Below, piece after piece: positions 54,901-64,000 of a DNA stretch of 64,000 nucleotides. The translations under genes and the position numbers were made by a program. The DNA comes from Anaerolineales bacterium (GTDB taxonomy: Bacteria > Chloroflexota > Anaerolineae > Anaerolineales > E44-bin32), in NCBI GenBank assembly GCA_034430595.1, contig DAOUEL010000078.1, forward strand, positions 141,160-205,159, given 5' to 3'. The notes beneath the pieces are model-generated. The model made no database searches and was not told where the DNA came from. It saw only the letters and a program-made list of their open reading frames with translations. Position 1 is the first letter of the stretch. Every line of letters begins with the position of its first letter.

Positions 54901-55037
54901 CGGGTCAGTTCCTCGGAAACGGCGCGAATCACGTCCCCTTCGCCTGAGGTCGCCTGGCGGGCGACGCCGGCCGCAGCGCGCAGGGCAGAGACCCAGATGG
55001 TCTCGTGGACCTCCTCCGGTTTCCTGTGCTCGGTCAA
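51936..55037 (-). CDS. Cytoplasmic GAF-GAF-GAF-PAS-PAS histidine kinase
   Basis: H-box SHELRTPL, N-box LLTNAMNY, DTGLG, GTGLGL; no TM; no response regulator adjacent; TTG start. Confidence 0.92.
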   Translation of the reverse strand: MTEHRKPEEVHETIWVSALRAAAGVARQATSGEGDVIRAVSEELTRLKLRGTVALLDENGQLEVSTPSLPPPIIKSLHRITGLSPAGYSFDPSTVDLYSRVIKSREPLFTEDRSAIVAQLMPQALQPLLKQVMKVLGDEHVILAPLLLGDDVIGTLNVVADWLSVEDTPMVAALADHIAIALGQVRARQKLERSLQLQRLRNQVIEEVASARATDQVFEAIVHLALEVIGADAGAIGMVENNPEQISYPCVIGLPANGADRAAEFKGGFARQLVKSKRPILVPAYSEVPFAFDDWVEAGAQAFLGVPLMIGEEAIGGLGLFSFADKQHFGSEQIEQAQAIASMAAIAVRNARLFSQAQRRAEEAQTLINTARSISSSLDTETVLNEIARQANDLLNGDGSRIHLVDYTENALRCVVALEPNARAIMNFDLPLGQGLTGHVVESGQSLMINDPSRDPRGIQVPGTQEDELECLAIVPLSIRQRTLGAMTVRRLGLERPFTSDELDLLRAFAAQAAVSIENAHLYGQIEAQAQRLERQVEERTRELALSEARYRSLVETAQSGIFQISAEGIILYANQALARMAEAPVDEIVGQEFQESGFLDEQHLQETLQRFHSRLSGDLPQADVYETTFRSRSGHEIPAMVGVSLILDEAGQPQGLTGLVTDISERITLEEALKAERDRLDAMLTHVGDAVMVTDREALIQFVNPAWERLNGYRSSEVLGKTPSFMRTGKQSDDFYKSMLATIEAGDTFKAEVVNMRKDGSTYEAALTITPVVGPDNAVLNYVSVYHDISALKELDRLKSQFVSDVSHELRTPLTNIRLYLDLLERVRDQKKVTRYLETLSRESDRLANLIDDLLSLSRLDVGASPLYARPVDVNQLLDALVQDRSSLAAERELQLNLQAAEGVPTILGDERLLGQVFTNLLTNAMNYTPEGGQITLRSRVHHEGQTAWVIAEVEDTGLGIAPGEQSEIFKRFFRGTASQETGAPGTGLGLAICHEIAERHGGHIHVYSGGLGQGSCFAVWLPVEGPPDALN

Positions 55038-55109
55038 CGCTCTATTCCCAGCCCTCTCCTCGCAACTATATCATGCGTTCAACGGTTGGGTCCTGCGATC
55101 CGGTCGCGA

Positions 55110-56339
55110 TCAGGGATCACTGTCCAACCACTTGACGATCGTTGCTTCTCCCTGACCCACTCCGACGCACAACGTCGCCAGGCCGTAATAGGGACGGCTG
55201 GTGCCTGGCGCTCTCCGCCCCATTTCGTGCAGCAGCGTGACCATGATCCGTGCGCCTGATGCCCCGAGTGGATGCCCGAGCGCGATCGCCCCGCCGTTGA
55301 CGTTGGTGATCGAGTGTTGCAGCCCGAGCTCTTGCATTACGGCCAGCGCCTGGACGGCAAAGGCTTCGTTCAATTCAACCAGCCCCAGGTCCGAGATCGA
55401 CAATCCAGCCCGATCGAGCGCTTTACGCGTGGCCGGGATCGGGCCTAGGCCCATTGTGCGCGGCTCGACTCCCGCTGCAGCGCTCGACACGACCCTCGCA
55501 AGCGGGCGCAGCCCAAGGTCCTTTGCCCGGGTATCTGACATGAGCACGAGAGCGGCCGCCCCATCATTAATGCCGGAGGCATTGCCGGCGGTGACGGCAC
55601 CGTTTTCCCGGAAAGCGGGCTTTAACCGCGCCAACGCTTCTGGGGTAGTGTCGCGCCGGGGGCGCTCGTCGGTTTCGAAGATGAGCGGGTCGCCTTTGCG
55701 CTGCGGGATGGTGACAGGCACGATTTCCTCGGCGAACTTTCCGCTGTCGATGGCCTCGATCGCACGGCGATGGCTTTCGTAAGCGAACGCATCCTGCTCC
55801 TGGCGTGAGATTTCGGGATGGATTTCGTAAATATTCTCGGCCGTCTCGCCCATCGCATCATTGCCATAGGCAGCTTTTAAGTCCGGGTTGGGGAAGCGCC
55901 ACCCAAGAGTAGAATCCCACATTGTGAGGTTGCCCCACGGATAACCGCTCCCGGCTTTGGCGACGGCGTAGGGAGCGCGTGACATGCTTTCTACACCGCC
56001 AGCAACGAAAACATCCCCCTCGCCAACCCGGATGGCCCGGTAGGCGGCGTTGATCGCTTGCAGGCCTGAGGCGCACAAGCGGTTGAAGGTGACAGCCGCT
56101 ACCTCGACCGGAAGGCCTGCCAGGAGCGAGGCCATTCGGGCAACATTGCGGTTATCCTCGCCGGCCTGGTTTGCGCACCCCATGTAGACCTCTTCGATTG
56201 AGGCCGGATCGATCCCTGCCCGTTCGACCGCCTCGCAAATCACCAGTGCGGCCAGGTCGTCCGGCCGCACTGCGGCCAATCCACCACCGTGGGCGCCGAT
56301 TGCGGTCCGGACTGCGGAAACGATGACAGCTTCGGGCAT
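55110..56339 (-). CDS. Thiolase (PcaF/PaaJ-like 3-oxoadipyl-CoA thiolase)
   Basis: [39 protein letters not shown]; ATG 56339 after GGAGG. Confidence 0.93.
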   Translation of the reverse strand: MPEAVIVSAVRTAIGAHGGGLAAVRPDDLAALVICEAVERAGIDPASIEEVYMGCANQAGEDNRNVARMASLLAGLPVEVAAVTFNRLCASGLQAINAAYRAIRVGEGDVFVAGGVESMSRAPYAVAKAGSGYPWGNLTMWDSTLGWRFPNPDLKAAYGNDAMGETAENIYEIHPEISRQEQDAFAYESHRRAIEAIDSGKFAEEIVPVTIPQRKGDPLIFETDERPRRDTTPEALARLKPAFRENGAVTAGNASGINDGAAALVLMSDTRAKDLGLRPLARVVSSAAAGVEPRTMGLGPIPATRKALDRAGLSISDLGLVELNEAFAVQALAVMQELGLQHSITNVNGGAIALGHPLGASGARIMVTLLHEMGRRAPGTSRPYYGLATLCVGVGQGEATIVKWLDSDP

Positions 56340-56407
56340 GCGCGCCTCCATCTAAGTTGGACGTCTACGAGCGATTGTACTCCAGCTTAGTGAAGGGTTT
56401 AAAAGGG

Positions 56408-56436
56408 TTGACAGGCGGAGAACAATATGCTAGAGT
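56408..56436 (+). promoter_or_regulatory. Sigma70 promoter of the exporter operon
   Basis: TTGACA-N17-TAGAGT with extended TG. Confidence 0.8.
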
Positions 56437-56458
56437 ACTCTATGAAACAGAGTACTCT
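56432..56458. promoter_or_regulatory. Palindromic operator overlapping the -10 element and start site
   Basis: AGAGTACTCT-N7-AGAGTACTCT: each half is a palindrome, so the site is both a direct and an inverted repeat. Confidence 0.75.
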
Positions 56459-56470
56459 GGAGGTTGAGAA

Positions 56471-57025
56471 ATGGACCCACTACAGGCATCACAATCGCTG
56501 GAGCTAATCAATGAAGCCGGAAGGGCTACCCGCAGGGCGATGGCCCGCGCCGGGGCTGGGTACCAGTTTATTATCTGGGGAATCGTCTGGCTCTTTGGTT
56601 ACCTTGGCACTCAAGTTCTAAAGGGCCCGGCTTCCGGTTACCTATGGCTCGCGCTCGATTCCTTCGGCGTGCTGGCAAGCGCATACGCGGTTGTGCGCCT
56701 GAGCCGGCGTGTACGCTCGCCCGACGCCTGGAAGTTTGGCATCTTCTGGATGCTGCTGCTAGCCTTCGGCGGCCTGATGATGTGGACGATGTGGCCGTTA
56801 ACAGACGAACAATACCTGCTCTTCGTAACGCTTCTTATTTCGATGGGCTACGCACTCTTCGGTCTATGGGCTAGTACACCACTGTTGATTGTCGGCGTCG
56901 CAATTGGCATTCTCGCCGTCCTGGGCTGGCAGTTTCTCCCGGCCTATCTCGGTTACTGGCTAGCTTTTACCGGAGGGGGCGGCTTGATTGGCGCAGGGCT
57001 GTATATCCTGCGTGCGTGGCAGTGA
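56471..57025 (+). CDS. Hypothetical membrane protein
   Basis: About 6 TM segments; first gene after the promoter. Confidence 0.78.
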   Translation: MDPLQASQSLELINEAGRATRRAMARAGAGYQFIIWGIVWLFGYLGTQVLKGPASGYLWLALDSFGVLASAYAVVRLSRRVRSPDAWKFGIFWMLLLAFGGLMMWTMWPLTDEQYLLFVTLLISMGYALFGLWASTPLLIVGVAIGILAVLGWQFLPAYLGYWLAFTGGGGLIGAGLYILRAWQ

Positions 57026-57028
57026 CCG

Positions 57029-57325
57029 ATGACTGAATTTGACCCTGTTATCCACCAGCCTGTCCGGCTACGGATCATGGCCTCGCTGGCTGCCTTGGGC
57101 AAAGGCGAATCGATGGATTTCACATTCTTGCGCGATACGCTCGATTTGACCGACGGCAACCTGGGCGCCCACCTTCGCAGGCTGGAAGAAGCTGGGTACG
57201 TGCACCTGGAAAAGACCTTCGTCGATCGCAAACCGAGAACCTATGTGGAGCTGACGGCATCCGGACAGCGGGCATTCGACGAACATGTTCGAGCGCTGAG
57301 GGAGATTCTCAACAGCACCGAGTAA
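57029..57325 (+). CDS. Winged-helix transcriptional regulator (HTH_34-like)
   Basis: FDPVIHQPVRLRIMASL, LTDGNLGAHLRRLEEAGYV, KPRTYVELT. Confidence 0.9.
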   Translation: MTEFDPVIHQPVRLRIMASLAALGKGESMDFTFLRDTLDLTDGNLGAHLRRLEEAGYVHLEKTFVDRKPRTYVELTASGQRAFDEHVRALREILNSTE

Positions 57326-57352
57326 GACTGGAGAATCGGCGCGCAGGAGGTT

Positions 57353-58270
57353 TTGATGACAGCCATCGTTCGGGTTGAAGATTTGAAAAAGAAGTACGGC
57401 GAGCTGGAAGCAGTTAAAGGCCTTTCGTTCGAGGTTGAGCAGGGCGAGATTTTTGGCATGGTCGGTCCTAATGGGGCAGGAAAGACGACAACGATTGAGT
57501 GCCTGGAGGGTCTGCGAAGCCCAGACAGCGGTCAGTTGTCCGTGTTCGGCCTCGATCCATGGCGTGATCGATCGCGTTTTGTGGAGAAAATCGGGGTTCA
57601 ACTGCAGGAGTCGACCCTTCCGCCCAGGCTGCGGGTGAGTGAGGCACTTTCTCTCTTTGCTGCGCTTTACCCAGACCCCGCTCCAGGCGAGGAATTGCTT
57701 GAACGGATGGGTTTAAGCGAGAAGCGAAATGTGGCAATCGCGAAACTGTCCGGCGGCCAGAGACAGCGGCTTCATATTGCACTAGCGCTCATCAACCGGC
57801 CAGAGCTTGTTTTCCTCGACGAGCTTACCACGGGCCTCGATCCTCAAGCCCGCCGGTCGATGTGGGATCTTGTGCGGGAGATACGCCAGGACGGTTGTAC
57901 GGTATTTCTGACGACTCATTTCATGGAGGAGGCTGAACGGCTCTGCGACCGGGTAGCCATTCTAGATGAAGGCCAACTGATTGCTTTAGATTCACCGCAG
58001 GCGATGATCAGATCGCTCGAACGCAAGAAATGCGTCGTATTTGAGCTCCTTAACGGAAATGCCAAGCAGCAGTTGGCCGCGATCCCAGAAGTGACCGGGG
58101 TGGAGATCAACGGCGAGCGGGTAAGTGTAGAGGGTTTCGGCGAACGCTTCATCAGCAGCGTTGTCGCTTCGCTCGAAAACGGTGGAGCCGAATTCCGTGA
58201 TTTGAGAACTGAGCAGCCCTCATTGGAGGACGTGTTCCTTCAGTTGACCGGGCGAAAGATGAGGGAATAG
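57353..58270 (+). CDS. ABC exporter ATP-binding protein (DrrA-like)
   Basis: GPNGAGKTT, LSGGQ, FLDELTTGLD, TTHFMEEA. Confidence 0.95.
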   Translation: MMTAIVRVEDLKKKYGELEAVKGLSFEVEQGEIFGMVGPNGAGKTTTIECLEGLRSPDSGQLSVFGLDPWRDRSRFVEKIGVQLQESTLPPRLRVSEALSLFAALYPDPAPGEELLERMGLSEKRNVAIAKLSGGQRQRLHIALALINRPELVFLDELTTGLDPQARRSMWDLVREIRQDGCTVFLTTHFMEEAERLCDRVAILDEGQLIALDSPQAMIRSLERKKCVVFELLNGNAKQQLAAIPEVTGVEINGERVSVEGFGERFISSVVASLENGGAEFRDLRTEQPSLEDVFLQLTGRKMRE

Positions 58271-58272
58271 TC

Positions 58273-59016
58273 ATGCGCGGTTTGAAGCAATTAGCTCTGA
58301 TCACATTCAAACTATACCTCCGAGAGCCGGTGGCGGCTTTCTTCACCCTCGCTTTCCCGACTATGCTGGTGCTGTTATTCGGGTCGATTTATGGCAATGA
58401 GCCGGCTGCGATCTTCGGCGGCCGTGGCAGTATGGACGTTTCGCTGCCAGCTTACAGCGGCTTGATTGTCGGGACGATTGGCTTGATGTCCGTTCCGATC
58501 ACGACTGCTGGGTACCGTGAGCAAGGCATCCTGCGGCGCTTTCGCGTGACACCGCTAAAACCATGGACCTACATCCTGGCGGATCAATGCACCAATCTCT
58601 TGATGACGCTGATGGGGATGGCGCTGGTGAGCGGTGTGGCATGGCTGCTCTATCACGTTCAATTCGAAGGCCAAATTTGGGCCGTTCTCCTGGCCGTCGT
58701 ACTCGGCACACTGGCCATGAGTGCGCTTGGCTACATCATCGCCAGCGTGGCGAAAGGAGCCCGCATGGCACAGGTCGTGAGTATGGTGATCTTCTATCCC
58801 ATGCTCTTCCTTTCTGGAGCTGGAATGCCAATCGAGATTCTGCCGGACTCGATCCGCCGAGTTTCAGATTTCTTGCCGCTTACCTATGTCGTCCGTTTGA
58901 TGCGTGGTCTGTGGTTCGGAGATGCATTCAGCGCCCACTGGATAGAGGTCGGTATCTTAGCTGGCATCACTGTCGCTGGAGGGTTGCTGGCGGCCCGGCT
59001 TTTCCGGTGGGAGTAA
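58273..59016 (+). CDS. ABC-2 type exporter permease
   Basis: FFTLAFP, REQGILRRF, FLSGAGMP...LP...FLPLTY. Confidence 0.92.
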   Translation: MRGLKQLALITFKLYLREPVAAFFTLAFPTMLVLLFGSIYGNEPAAIFGGRGSMDVSLPAYSGLIVGTIGLMSVPITTAGYREQGILRRFRVTPLKPWTYILADQCTNLLMTLMGMALVSGVAWLLYHVQFEGQIWAVLLAVVLGTLAMSALGYIIASVAKGARMAQVVSMVIFYPMLFLSGAGMPIEILPDSIRRVSDFLPLTYVVRLMRGLWFGDAFSAHWIEVGILAGITVAGGLLAARLFRWE

Positions 59017-59114
59017 TGAACTGAGAGAGGTTGGGTGCAGCACAGCCGGGGCGGCAATCTGGTCGGGATCGCTGTTGAATTTCTGAGGATTCGCGGAGAA
59101 GCGATCTATCGATG

Positions 59115-59152
59115 GCGGGCCACGATACGGCCCGCAATTTTTGATTTTTTTC
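59115..59152 (+). terminator. Intrinsic terminator of the exporter operon
   Basis: GCGGGCC-N7-GGCCCGC followed by a T-rich run. Confidence 0.65.
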
Positions 59153-59231
59153 ATCATCCCGTTGAGAATCCTGTACAACGTTCGTTGAAGGGGTTAGACT
59201 CAAATTCAGACGTAATTGGTGAGGGATACCT

Positions 59232-60245
59232 ATGTCATTGATAGCGAACTGGAAGGAAGTACTTGATACCGCCAATCTGTCTCCTGACAAGGAGATGGAT
59301 ACGGTCAGCAAATGGCTGATCATCACCCGTGCAGCGGTCTTCTCGATGACGGCCACTTCGGGCTTGATCGGCGGGCTGCTGGCTGCGGCGTTGGCCGCGA
59401 AACCGAATTACCTTCATTTCGGATTGGCGCTGATTGGCCTGGTCCTGGCCCATGCCGCCAACAACATGATCAATGACTATTTCGATTTGCAGGGCGGTGT
59501 TGACGATGATGAGTACACGCGCGCTCTGTACGCACCCCACCCGGTGCTTTCCGGGCTGCTGACGAAGCGCCAGCTGCTGACGGCGATCGCGATCGTCAAT
59601 GTGATCGATGCCCTGATCATGGCCTACTTCGTCATTAACGTGGGCTGGCTGACGCTGGCCTTCGCGCTGACCGGGCTGTTCATCAGCGTTTTCTACGTCG
59701 CTCCACCTCTGAAGCTCAAGCATCATGGCTTGGGAGAGCCGAGCGTGTTCCTTGTCTGGGGTCCGCTGATGATCGGTGGGACCTACTATGTCACCGCGGG
59801 TCAGCTGCCGCCGGCGGGTGTATGGCTGGCTTGTGTTCCCTATGCACTTGTGGTGACGACGGTCTTGATCGGTAAGCACATCGACAAACTAGAAGTCGAT
59901 AAGGCGAAGGGCATCCACACCCTGCCGGTGATGATCGGGGAGCGGCCTTCCCTGATCTTGAACCAGGCGCTGATGATCGCTTACTACTTGGTTGTGCTGG
60001 CGCTGGTCCTGACCGGCACGCTCGGCGTCTGGGTGCTGCTCATCGTCCTGGCCCTGCCCCGCCTGCGGGAGGTGCTCAAAATTTATAACGAACCCAAGCC
60101 AAGCGAACGGCCGGAAAATTACCCCGTCTGGCCGCTGTGGTTCGTCTCGGCCGCGTTCTATCACAACAAACTCGCCGGCGGGATGTTCGTGCTGGGCTTG
60201 ATCCTGAATTTGATCCCGGCAATCAGCTTTACGATTGGCGGCTGA
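59232..60245 (+). CDS. menA: UbiA-family prenyltransferase, MenA-like
   Basis: NMINDYFD, YVAPPLKLK..GLGE, HIDKLEVDKAKGIHTL. Confidence 0.75.
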   Translation: MSLIANWKEVLDTANLSPDKEMDTVSKWLIITRAAVFSMTATSGLIGGLLAAALAAKPNYLHFGLALIGLVLAHAANNMINDYFDLQGGVDDDEYTRALYAPHPVLSGLLTKRQLLTAIAIVNVIDALIMAYFVINVGWLTLAFALTGLFISVFYVAPPLKLKHHGLGEPSVFLVWGPLMIGGTYYVTAGQLPPAGVWLACVPYALVVTTVLIGKHIDKLEVDKAKGIHTLPVMIGERPSLILNQALMIAYYLVVLALVLTGTLGVWVLLIVLALPRLREVLKIYNEPKPSERPENYPVWPLWFVSAAFYHNKLAGGMFVLGLILNLIPAISFTIGG

Positions 60246-60260
60246 AGACTGGTTGAAGAA

Positions 60261-60294
60261 AAAGCGGGGCGGCTGATCAGCCGCCCCGCTTTTG
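60261..60294. terminator. Bidirectional intrinsic terminator
   Basis: 34-nt perfect palindrome AAAAGCGGGGCGGCTGATCAGCCGCCCCGCTTTT between convergent genes. Confidence 0.85.
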
Positions 60295-60305
60295 ATACCT
60301 CATGG

Positions 60306-60333
60306 GCAGGGGCACACGGCCGTGTGCCCCTGC
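60306..60333. repeat. Single REP-like palindrome, same family as 21619-21869
   Basis: GCAGGGGCACACGGCCGTGTGCCCCTGC perfect 28-nt palindrome. Confidence 0.7.
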
Positions 60334-60355
60334 GGATTCCACCCGGCATGACGCC

Positions 60356-61342
60356 TTACTTCTGGCTCATCAATAACTTGACATACTGTGCCCGTTCGAA
60401 TCCGAATGGATCCTCAATCTTCTTCTGGCTCATCTTGCCGCGTACCTCTTGCAGGTTCTCGTAGCCGTGTTCGTCCATCCAGCCCTCAAGCTCGCGTAGC
60501 ATCGTGGAGAGATAGGGGATGCCGTTTTCGAGCAGGGCTGAAGCGATCTGCACGATCTGGGCTCCGGCCAGGAAGGCTTTCGCCGCATCGGTCCCGGAGT
60601 GCACGCCGGTGTTAAGCGCTAGGTCGGCCTTCACTCGCCCGTAAAGCAGCGCCACCCAGCGCAGCGGGAGCTTAAGCTCCTCCGGCGAGCTGTAAACCAT
60701 CTCCTGCTTCAAACTCTCCGTGCCCGGATCGATGTCGGGCTGCAGGAAGCGGTTGAAGAGCACCAGCCCTTTCACGCCGCGCTTATCGAGCTCGGCCGCG
60801 ACGTTTGCGACCGAGGTGTAGAAGGGGCTCATTTTGACCGAGACCGGAATCTTCACTTCACCCACGACCGATTCGACAATCTTAAAAAGTGTCTTCTCGA
60901 GCTGTGCACCGCTGACTTCCGGATCAGCGGCAACCGCGTAAATATTTAATTCGAGCCCGTCCACGCCGGTCGATTCGAGCTGCTTGGCATACTTGGTCCA
61001 GGCACCAGGTGAGACCGCATTCAGGCTGGCGACAAGGGGCAGTTTTGTCCCGGCGCGCGTCTTCTCAATCCACATCAGGTGTTCATCGGCTCCGCCATGC
61101 TCGATGTTCGGAAAGTACGTTGTCGCCTCAGCGAAACTTTCGGAACCGACCGAGAGCGACTCCTCCAGCCGAAGCGCATCGAGCTGGATCTGCTCCTCGA
61201 AGAGCGAGCGGATGACGAGCAGGCCGGCGCCAGCTTGCTCGGCGGATTGGATGCGTTCCAGAAAGCTCGAAATCGAACTGGCGGCGACGACCAGCGGTGT
61301 CTCAAGCTCGATGCCCATGTAAGTTGTTTTAAGTGATGCCAT
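60356..61342 (-). CDS. Dihydroorotate dehydrogenase-like flavoprotein
   Basis: TTYMGIELETPLVVAAS, IRSLFEEQI, ELNIY, PVSVKMSP, LVLFNRFLQPDID. Confidence 0.85.
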   Translation of the reverse strand: MASLKTTYMGIELETPLVVAASSISSFLERIQSAEQAGAGLLVIRSLFEEQIQLDALRLEESLSVGSESFAEATTYFPNIEHGGADEHLMWIEKTRAGTKLPLVASLNAVSPGAWTKYAKQLESTGVDGLELNIYAVAADPEVSGAQLEKTLFKIVESVVGEVKIPVSVKMSPFYTSVANVAAELDKRGVKGLVLFNRFLQPDIDPGTESLKQEMVYSSPEELKLPLRWVALLYGRVKADLALNTGVHSGTDAAKAFLAGAQIVQIASALLENGIPYLSTMLRELEGWMDEHGYENLQEVRGKMSQKKIEDPFGFERAQYVKLLMSQK

Positions 61343-61547
61343 GCTGCCTCCCGGGGAACATTGCTAGCTTTTAAGGATGGTTTAAAAGGGCACCCTGGAA
61401 TAGTGACAAGTATCCTCCAGTTTAGGGTGCCCTAGTACACTATTGACTGCCCCTAAAGCTGAATAGACTTGATGGGAATTGCCCAAAGGATACCCCTTTA
61501 ATATACCCCCGCGACACCTAAAACGCGTCGGCTGAAAGGAGCTTTTC

Positions 61548-64000
61548 ATGGCGAAGAAGAAAGTTAAGCGCGAGCTGGTACCGTACGATGGTAACAGTGC
61601 TGCCGCGCATGTCGCCTATGCAACCAACGAAGTGATCGCGATTTACCCGATTACACCTTCATCTCCCATGGGTGAGATCGCGGACGAAAAAGCCGCCAAC
61701 GGCGAGCCGAACATCTGGGGCATGGTTCCAAACGTGACCGAGATGCAGGCAGAAGGCGGAGCGGCCGGCGCCGTCCATGGTGCGCTGACAACCGGTGCGC
61801 TGACTACGACCTTCACCGCCTCCCAGGGCTTGCTGCTGATGATCCCGAACATGTTCAAGATCGCCGGCGAGTTAACGTCGGCGGTGTTCCACATTGCGGC
61901 CCGCTCGATCGCTGCTCAGGCCCTCTCGATCTTCGGGGATCACTCGGACGTGATGGCCGCCCGCACTACCGGCTGGGGGATGTTGGCCTCCAACAACCCG
62001 CAGGAAGTGATGGACATGGCGCTGATCGCCCAGGCCAGCACGTTGAAAGCGCGGCTCCCATTCCTGCACTTTTTCGACGGTTTCCGGACGTCCCACGAAA
62101 TTCAGATGATCGAAGAATTGACCCAAGATGATATGCGGGCCATGATCGATGATGATGACGTCATCGCCCACCGCCTGCGCGGCCTCTCACCTGACCGGCC
62201 GGCTGTGCGTGGTACGGCGCAGAACCCGGATGTCTTCTTTGCCGCCCGTGAAACCGTTAACCCATATTATGAGAAAGCACCGGCTATCGTCCAGGATGCT
62301 ATGGATCGCTTTGCCAAGGTGGTCGGTCGGAAGTATCACCTGTTCGACTACGTGGGTGCTCCGGATGCTGAGCGAGTTGTTATCCTGATGGGGTCGGGCG
62401 CAGACACGGTGCATGAGGTCGTGGACCACCTGTCGGCTCAGGGCGAGAAAGTGGGCATGATCAAAGTTCGCCTGTACCGCCCATTTGATGGAAGTGCGCT
62501 GATTGCAGCCCTCCCGGCAAGCGTGCGCAAGATCGCCGTTCTCGACCGAACAAAAGAGCCGGGGGCTTCTGGAGAACCACTGTATCTCGACGTTCAAAAT
62601 GCGATCGCCGAAGCCGTGTCAAGCGGGAAATTGGCTGTAAAGGATATGCCGGTCGTCGTCGGCGGGCGCTACGGCCTGGGTTCGAGCGAATTCAACCCGG
62701 GCATGGTGAGGTCGGTTTACGACAACCTGGCCGAGAAACAGCCCCGCAACCACTTCACGGTTGGAATCCACGATGACCTGGCAGGCACCAACCTGCCCTG
62801 GGATGACGACTACGAGTCCCAACCTGAGGGTGTCCACCGGGCGATGTTCTATGGTCTCGGAGGTGATGGGACGGTCGGTGCGAACAAGAATTCGATTAAG
62901 ATCGTCGGCAAGGCGACCGATTTCTACGCTCAAGGGTATTTCCAGTACGACTCGAAGAAATCGGGCCAGATGACAATTTCGCACCTGCGGTTCAGCCCCA
63001 ATCCCATCCGCAGCAGCTACCTGCTCAAGCGGGCGGAGTTCCTGGCCTGCCACGCCTTCCCGTTCCTCGAGCGCTACGACATCATCAGCCACCTGAAGCA
63101 AGGTGGGACCTTCCTGCTCAACAGCCCCTATCCACCAGAAGAAATCTGGGAGCAGCTCCCCTTCGAGGTGCAGCAGGGCTTGATCGAAAAGCAGGCTGAG
63201 TTCTATGTGCTCGACGCCTATTCCCTGGCCCGCTCGCTGGGCCTGGGTGGACGCATCAACATCATCATGCAGGCCGCGTTCTTCGCCATCTCCGGCGTGC
63301 TGCCGAAGGAAGAAGCGATGAAGATGGTATCGCTTGCGGTGGAAGACACCTACGGCGACAAGGGCCAGTCTGTGGTCGATATGAACATCAAGGCCGCGGA
63401 TCTGGCGGTGGAGCGCATCCACCGCATCGAACTGCCGGCCAAGCCAAGCTCTGATCTTCACATGCGGCTGCCCGTACCGGCAGATGCGCCGGAATTCGTG
63501 CAACAGGTTACCGGGATGATGATCGCCGGCAAGGGCGGGCAGATTCCGGTCTCATACCTGCCGAACGACGGAACATACCCGGTTGGTACGACTCACTACG
63601 AGAAACGAAACATCGCGCTCGAGATCCCGGTCTGGGATCCTGAGGTCTGCATCCAGTGCAACCAGTGCGCCTTCGTCTGCCCGCACGCGACGATCCGGCC
63701 CAAAATCTACTCGGCTGAATTCGCCAGCGGCGATGCACCGGCTGGATGGCAAGCGGTGCCGGCCAAGGGCCGCGGCATGGATGGCATGCTCTACACACTG
63801 CAGGTCGCCCCGGAGGACTGCACCGGCTGCGGGACCTGTGTTTACATATGTCCGGCCTTCGCCAAGGATGAGAAAGGCAACAAGACCGAACGCAGGGCGA
63901 TCAATATGGAAGCGCAAACACCGCTGCGCGAACAGGAAGTCGCCAAGTGGGAGTACTTCCTCTCGATCCCCGATACCGATCCGGAGCTGGTAAACCGCTT
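61548..64000 (+). CDS. nifJ: Pyruvate:ferredoxin/flavodoxin oxidoreductase, runs off the 3' end of the window (absent from the ORF track)
   Basis: ATG 61548 after AAAGGAG; DGNSAAAHVAY, IYPITPSS, EMQAEGGAAG, GLGGDGTVG, ferredoxin motifs CIQCNQCAFVCP and CTGCGTCVYICP. Confidence 0.97.
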   Translation, partial: MAKKKVKRELVPYDGNSAAAHVAYATNEVIAIYPITPSSPMGEIADEKAANGEPNIWGMVPNVTEMQAEGGAAGAVHGALTTGALTTTFTASQGLLLMIPNMFKIAGELTSAVFHIAARSIAAQALSIFGDHSDVMAARTTGWGMLASNNPQEVMDMALIAQASTLKARLPFLHFFDGFRTSHEIQMIEELTQDDMRAMIDDDDVIAHRLRGLSPDRPAVRGTAQNPDVFFAARETVNPYYEKAPAIVQDAMDRFAKVVGRKYHLFDYVGAPDAERVVILMGSGADTVHEVVDHLSAQGEKVGMIKVRLYRPFDGSALIAALPASVRKIAVLDRTKEPGASGEPLYLDVQNAIAEAVSSGKLAVKDMPVVVGGRYGLGSSEFNPGMVRSVYDNLAEKQPRNHFTVGIHDDLAGTNLPWDDDYESQPEGVHRAMFYGLGGDGTVGANKNSIKIVGKATDFYAQGYFQYDSKKSGQMTISHLRFSPNPIRSSYLLKRAEFLACHAFPFLERYDIISHLKQGGTFLLNSPYPPEEIWEQLPFEVQQGLIEKQAEFYVLDAYSLARSLGLGGRINIIMQAAFFAISGVLPKEEAMKMVSLAVEDTYGDKGQSVVDMNIKAADLAVERIHRIELPAKPSSDLHMRLPVPADAPEFVQQVTGMMIAGKGGQIPVSYLPNDGTYPVGTTHYEKRNIALEIPVWDPEVCIQCNQCAFVCPHATIRPKIYSAEFASGDAPAGWQAVPAKGRGMDGMLYTLQVAPEDCTGCGTCVYICPAFAKDEKGNKTERRAINMEAQTPLREQEVAKWEYFLSIPDTDPELVNR

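Noticed and set aside
59163-59179. TTGAGAA...TACAA upstream of the menA-like gene as a Rex box
   Set aside because: It is one base too short and has several mismatches to TTGTGAA-N4-TTCACAA.
62619-63503. 294-aa antisense ORF and other short ORFs at the right end
   Set aside because: All lie within the uninterrupted nifJ frame starting at 61548, which the ORF track missed because it has no stop in the window.
1-64000. Frequent CGATCG/GCGATCGC sites suggesting HIP1-like enrichment
   Set aside because: Not counted; ATC codons in GC-rich context generate these. An observed/expected count against a Markov model is required before any claim.
1-64000. CRISPR array, tRNA, rRNA, integrase or transposase
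   Set aside because: No regularly spaced repeat-spacer array, cloverleaf, rRNA-like tract or recombinase motif was seen; the DnaA-box spacing is too short for CRISPR.

Overview
A GC-rich bacterial chromosomal window, most likely Chloroflexota/Anaerolineae (inferred from protein styles, not from a marker gene). Most of it is housekeeping or common accessory content: P-type ATPase, two thiolases, dnaK, ilvE, glgC, a dpp-type ABC importer, mscS, sbcDC, a GAF/PAS kinase, an ABC-2 exporter operon, menA-like prenyltransferase and nifJ/PFOR. No rRNA, tRNA, CRISPR array or intact transposase was seen. Four things stand out. (1) A ~12 kb minus-strand cluster (27421-39580) encodes only exported or membrane proteins. 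It has two large paralogous proteins sharing an uncharacterised beta/amphipathic-helix/CxxxC core with swapped N-terminal modules (one Ig+LysM), an HEXXH metallopeptidase lipoprotein, two lectin-fold lipoproteins, two further lipoproteins, a translationally coupled small membrane protein and a 66-aa lead ORF. It is transcribed divergently from an XRE-NTPase-TPR regulator and is the best candidate for an undescribed system. (2) The DppA-type binding protein is a clean circular permutation of the family-5 fold. (3) Three perfect DnaA boxes are phased at 21-22 bp in an 82-bp intergenic gap, with no dnaA nearby. (4) A cupin gene appears to start at ATA, and REP-like GTAGGGGC palindromes sit between convergent genes. 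All homology calls come from motif recognition by eye; no searches were run.
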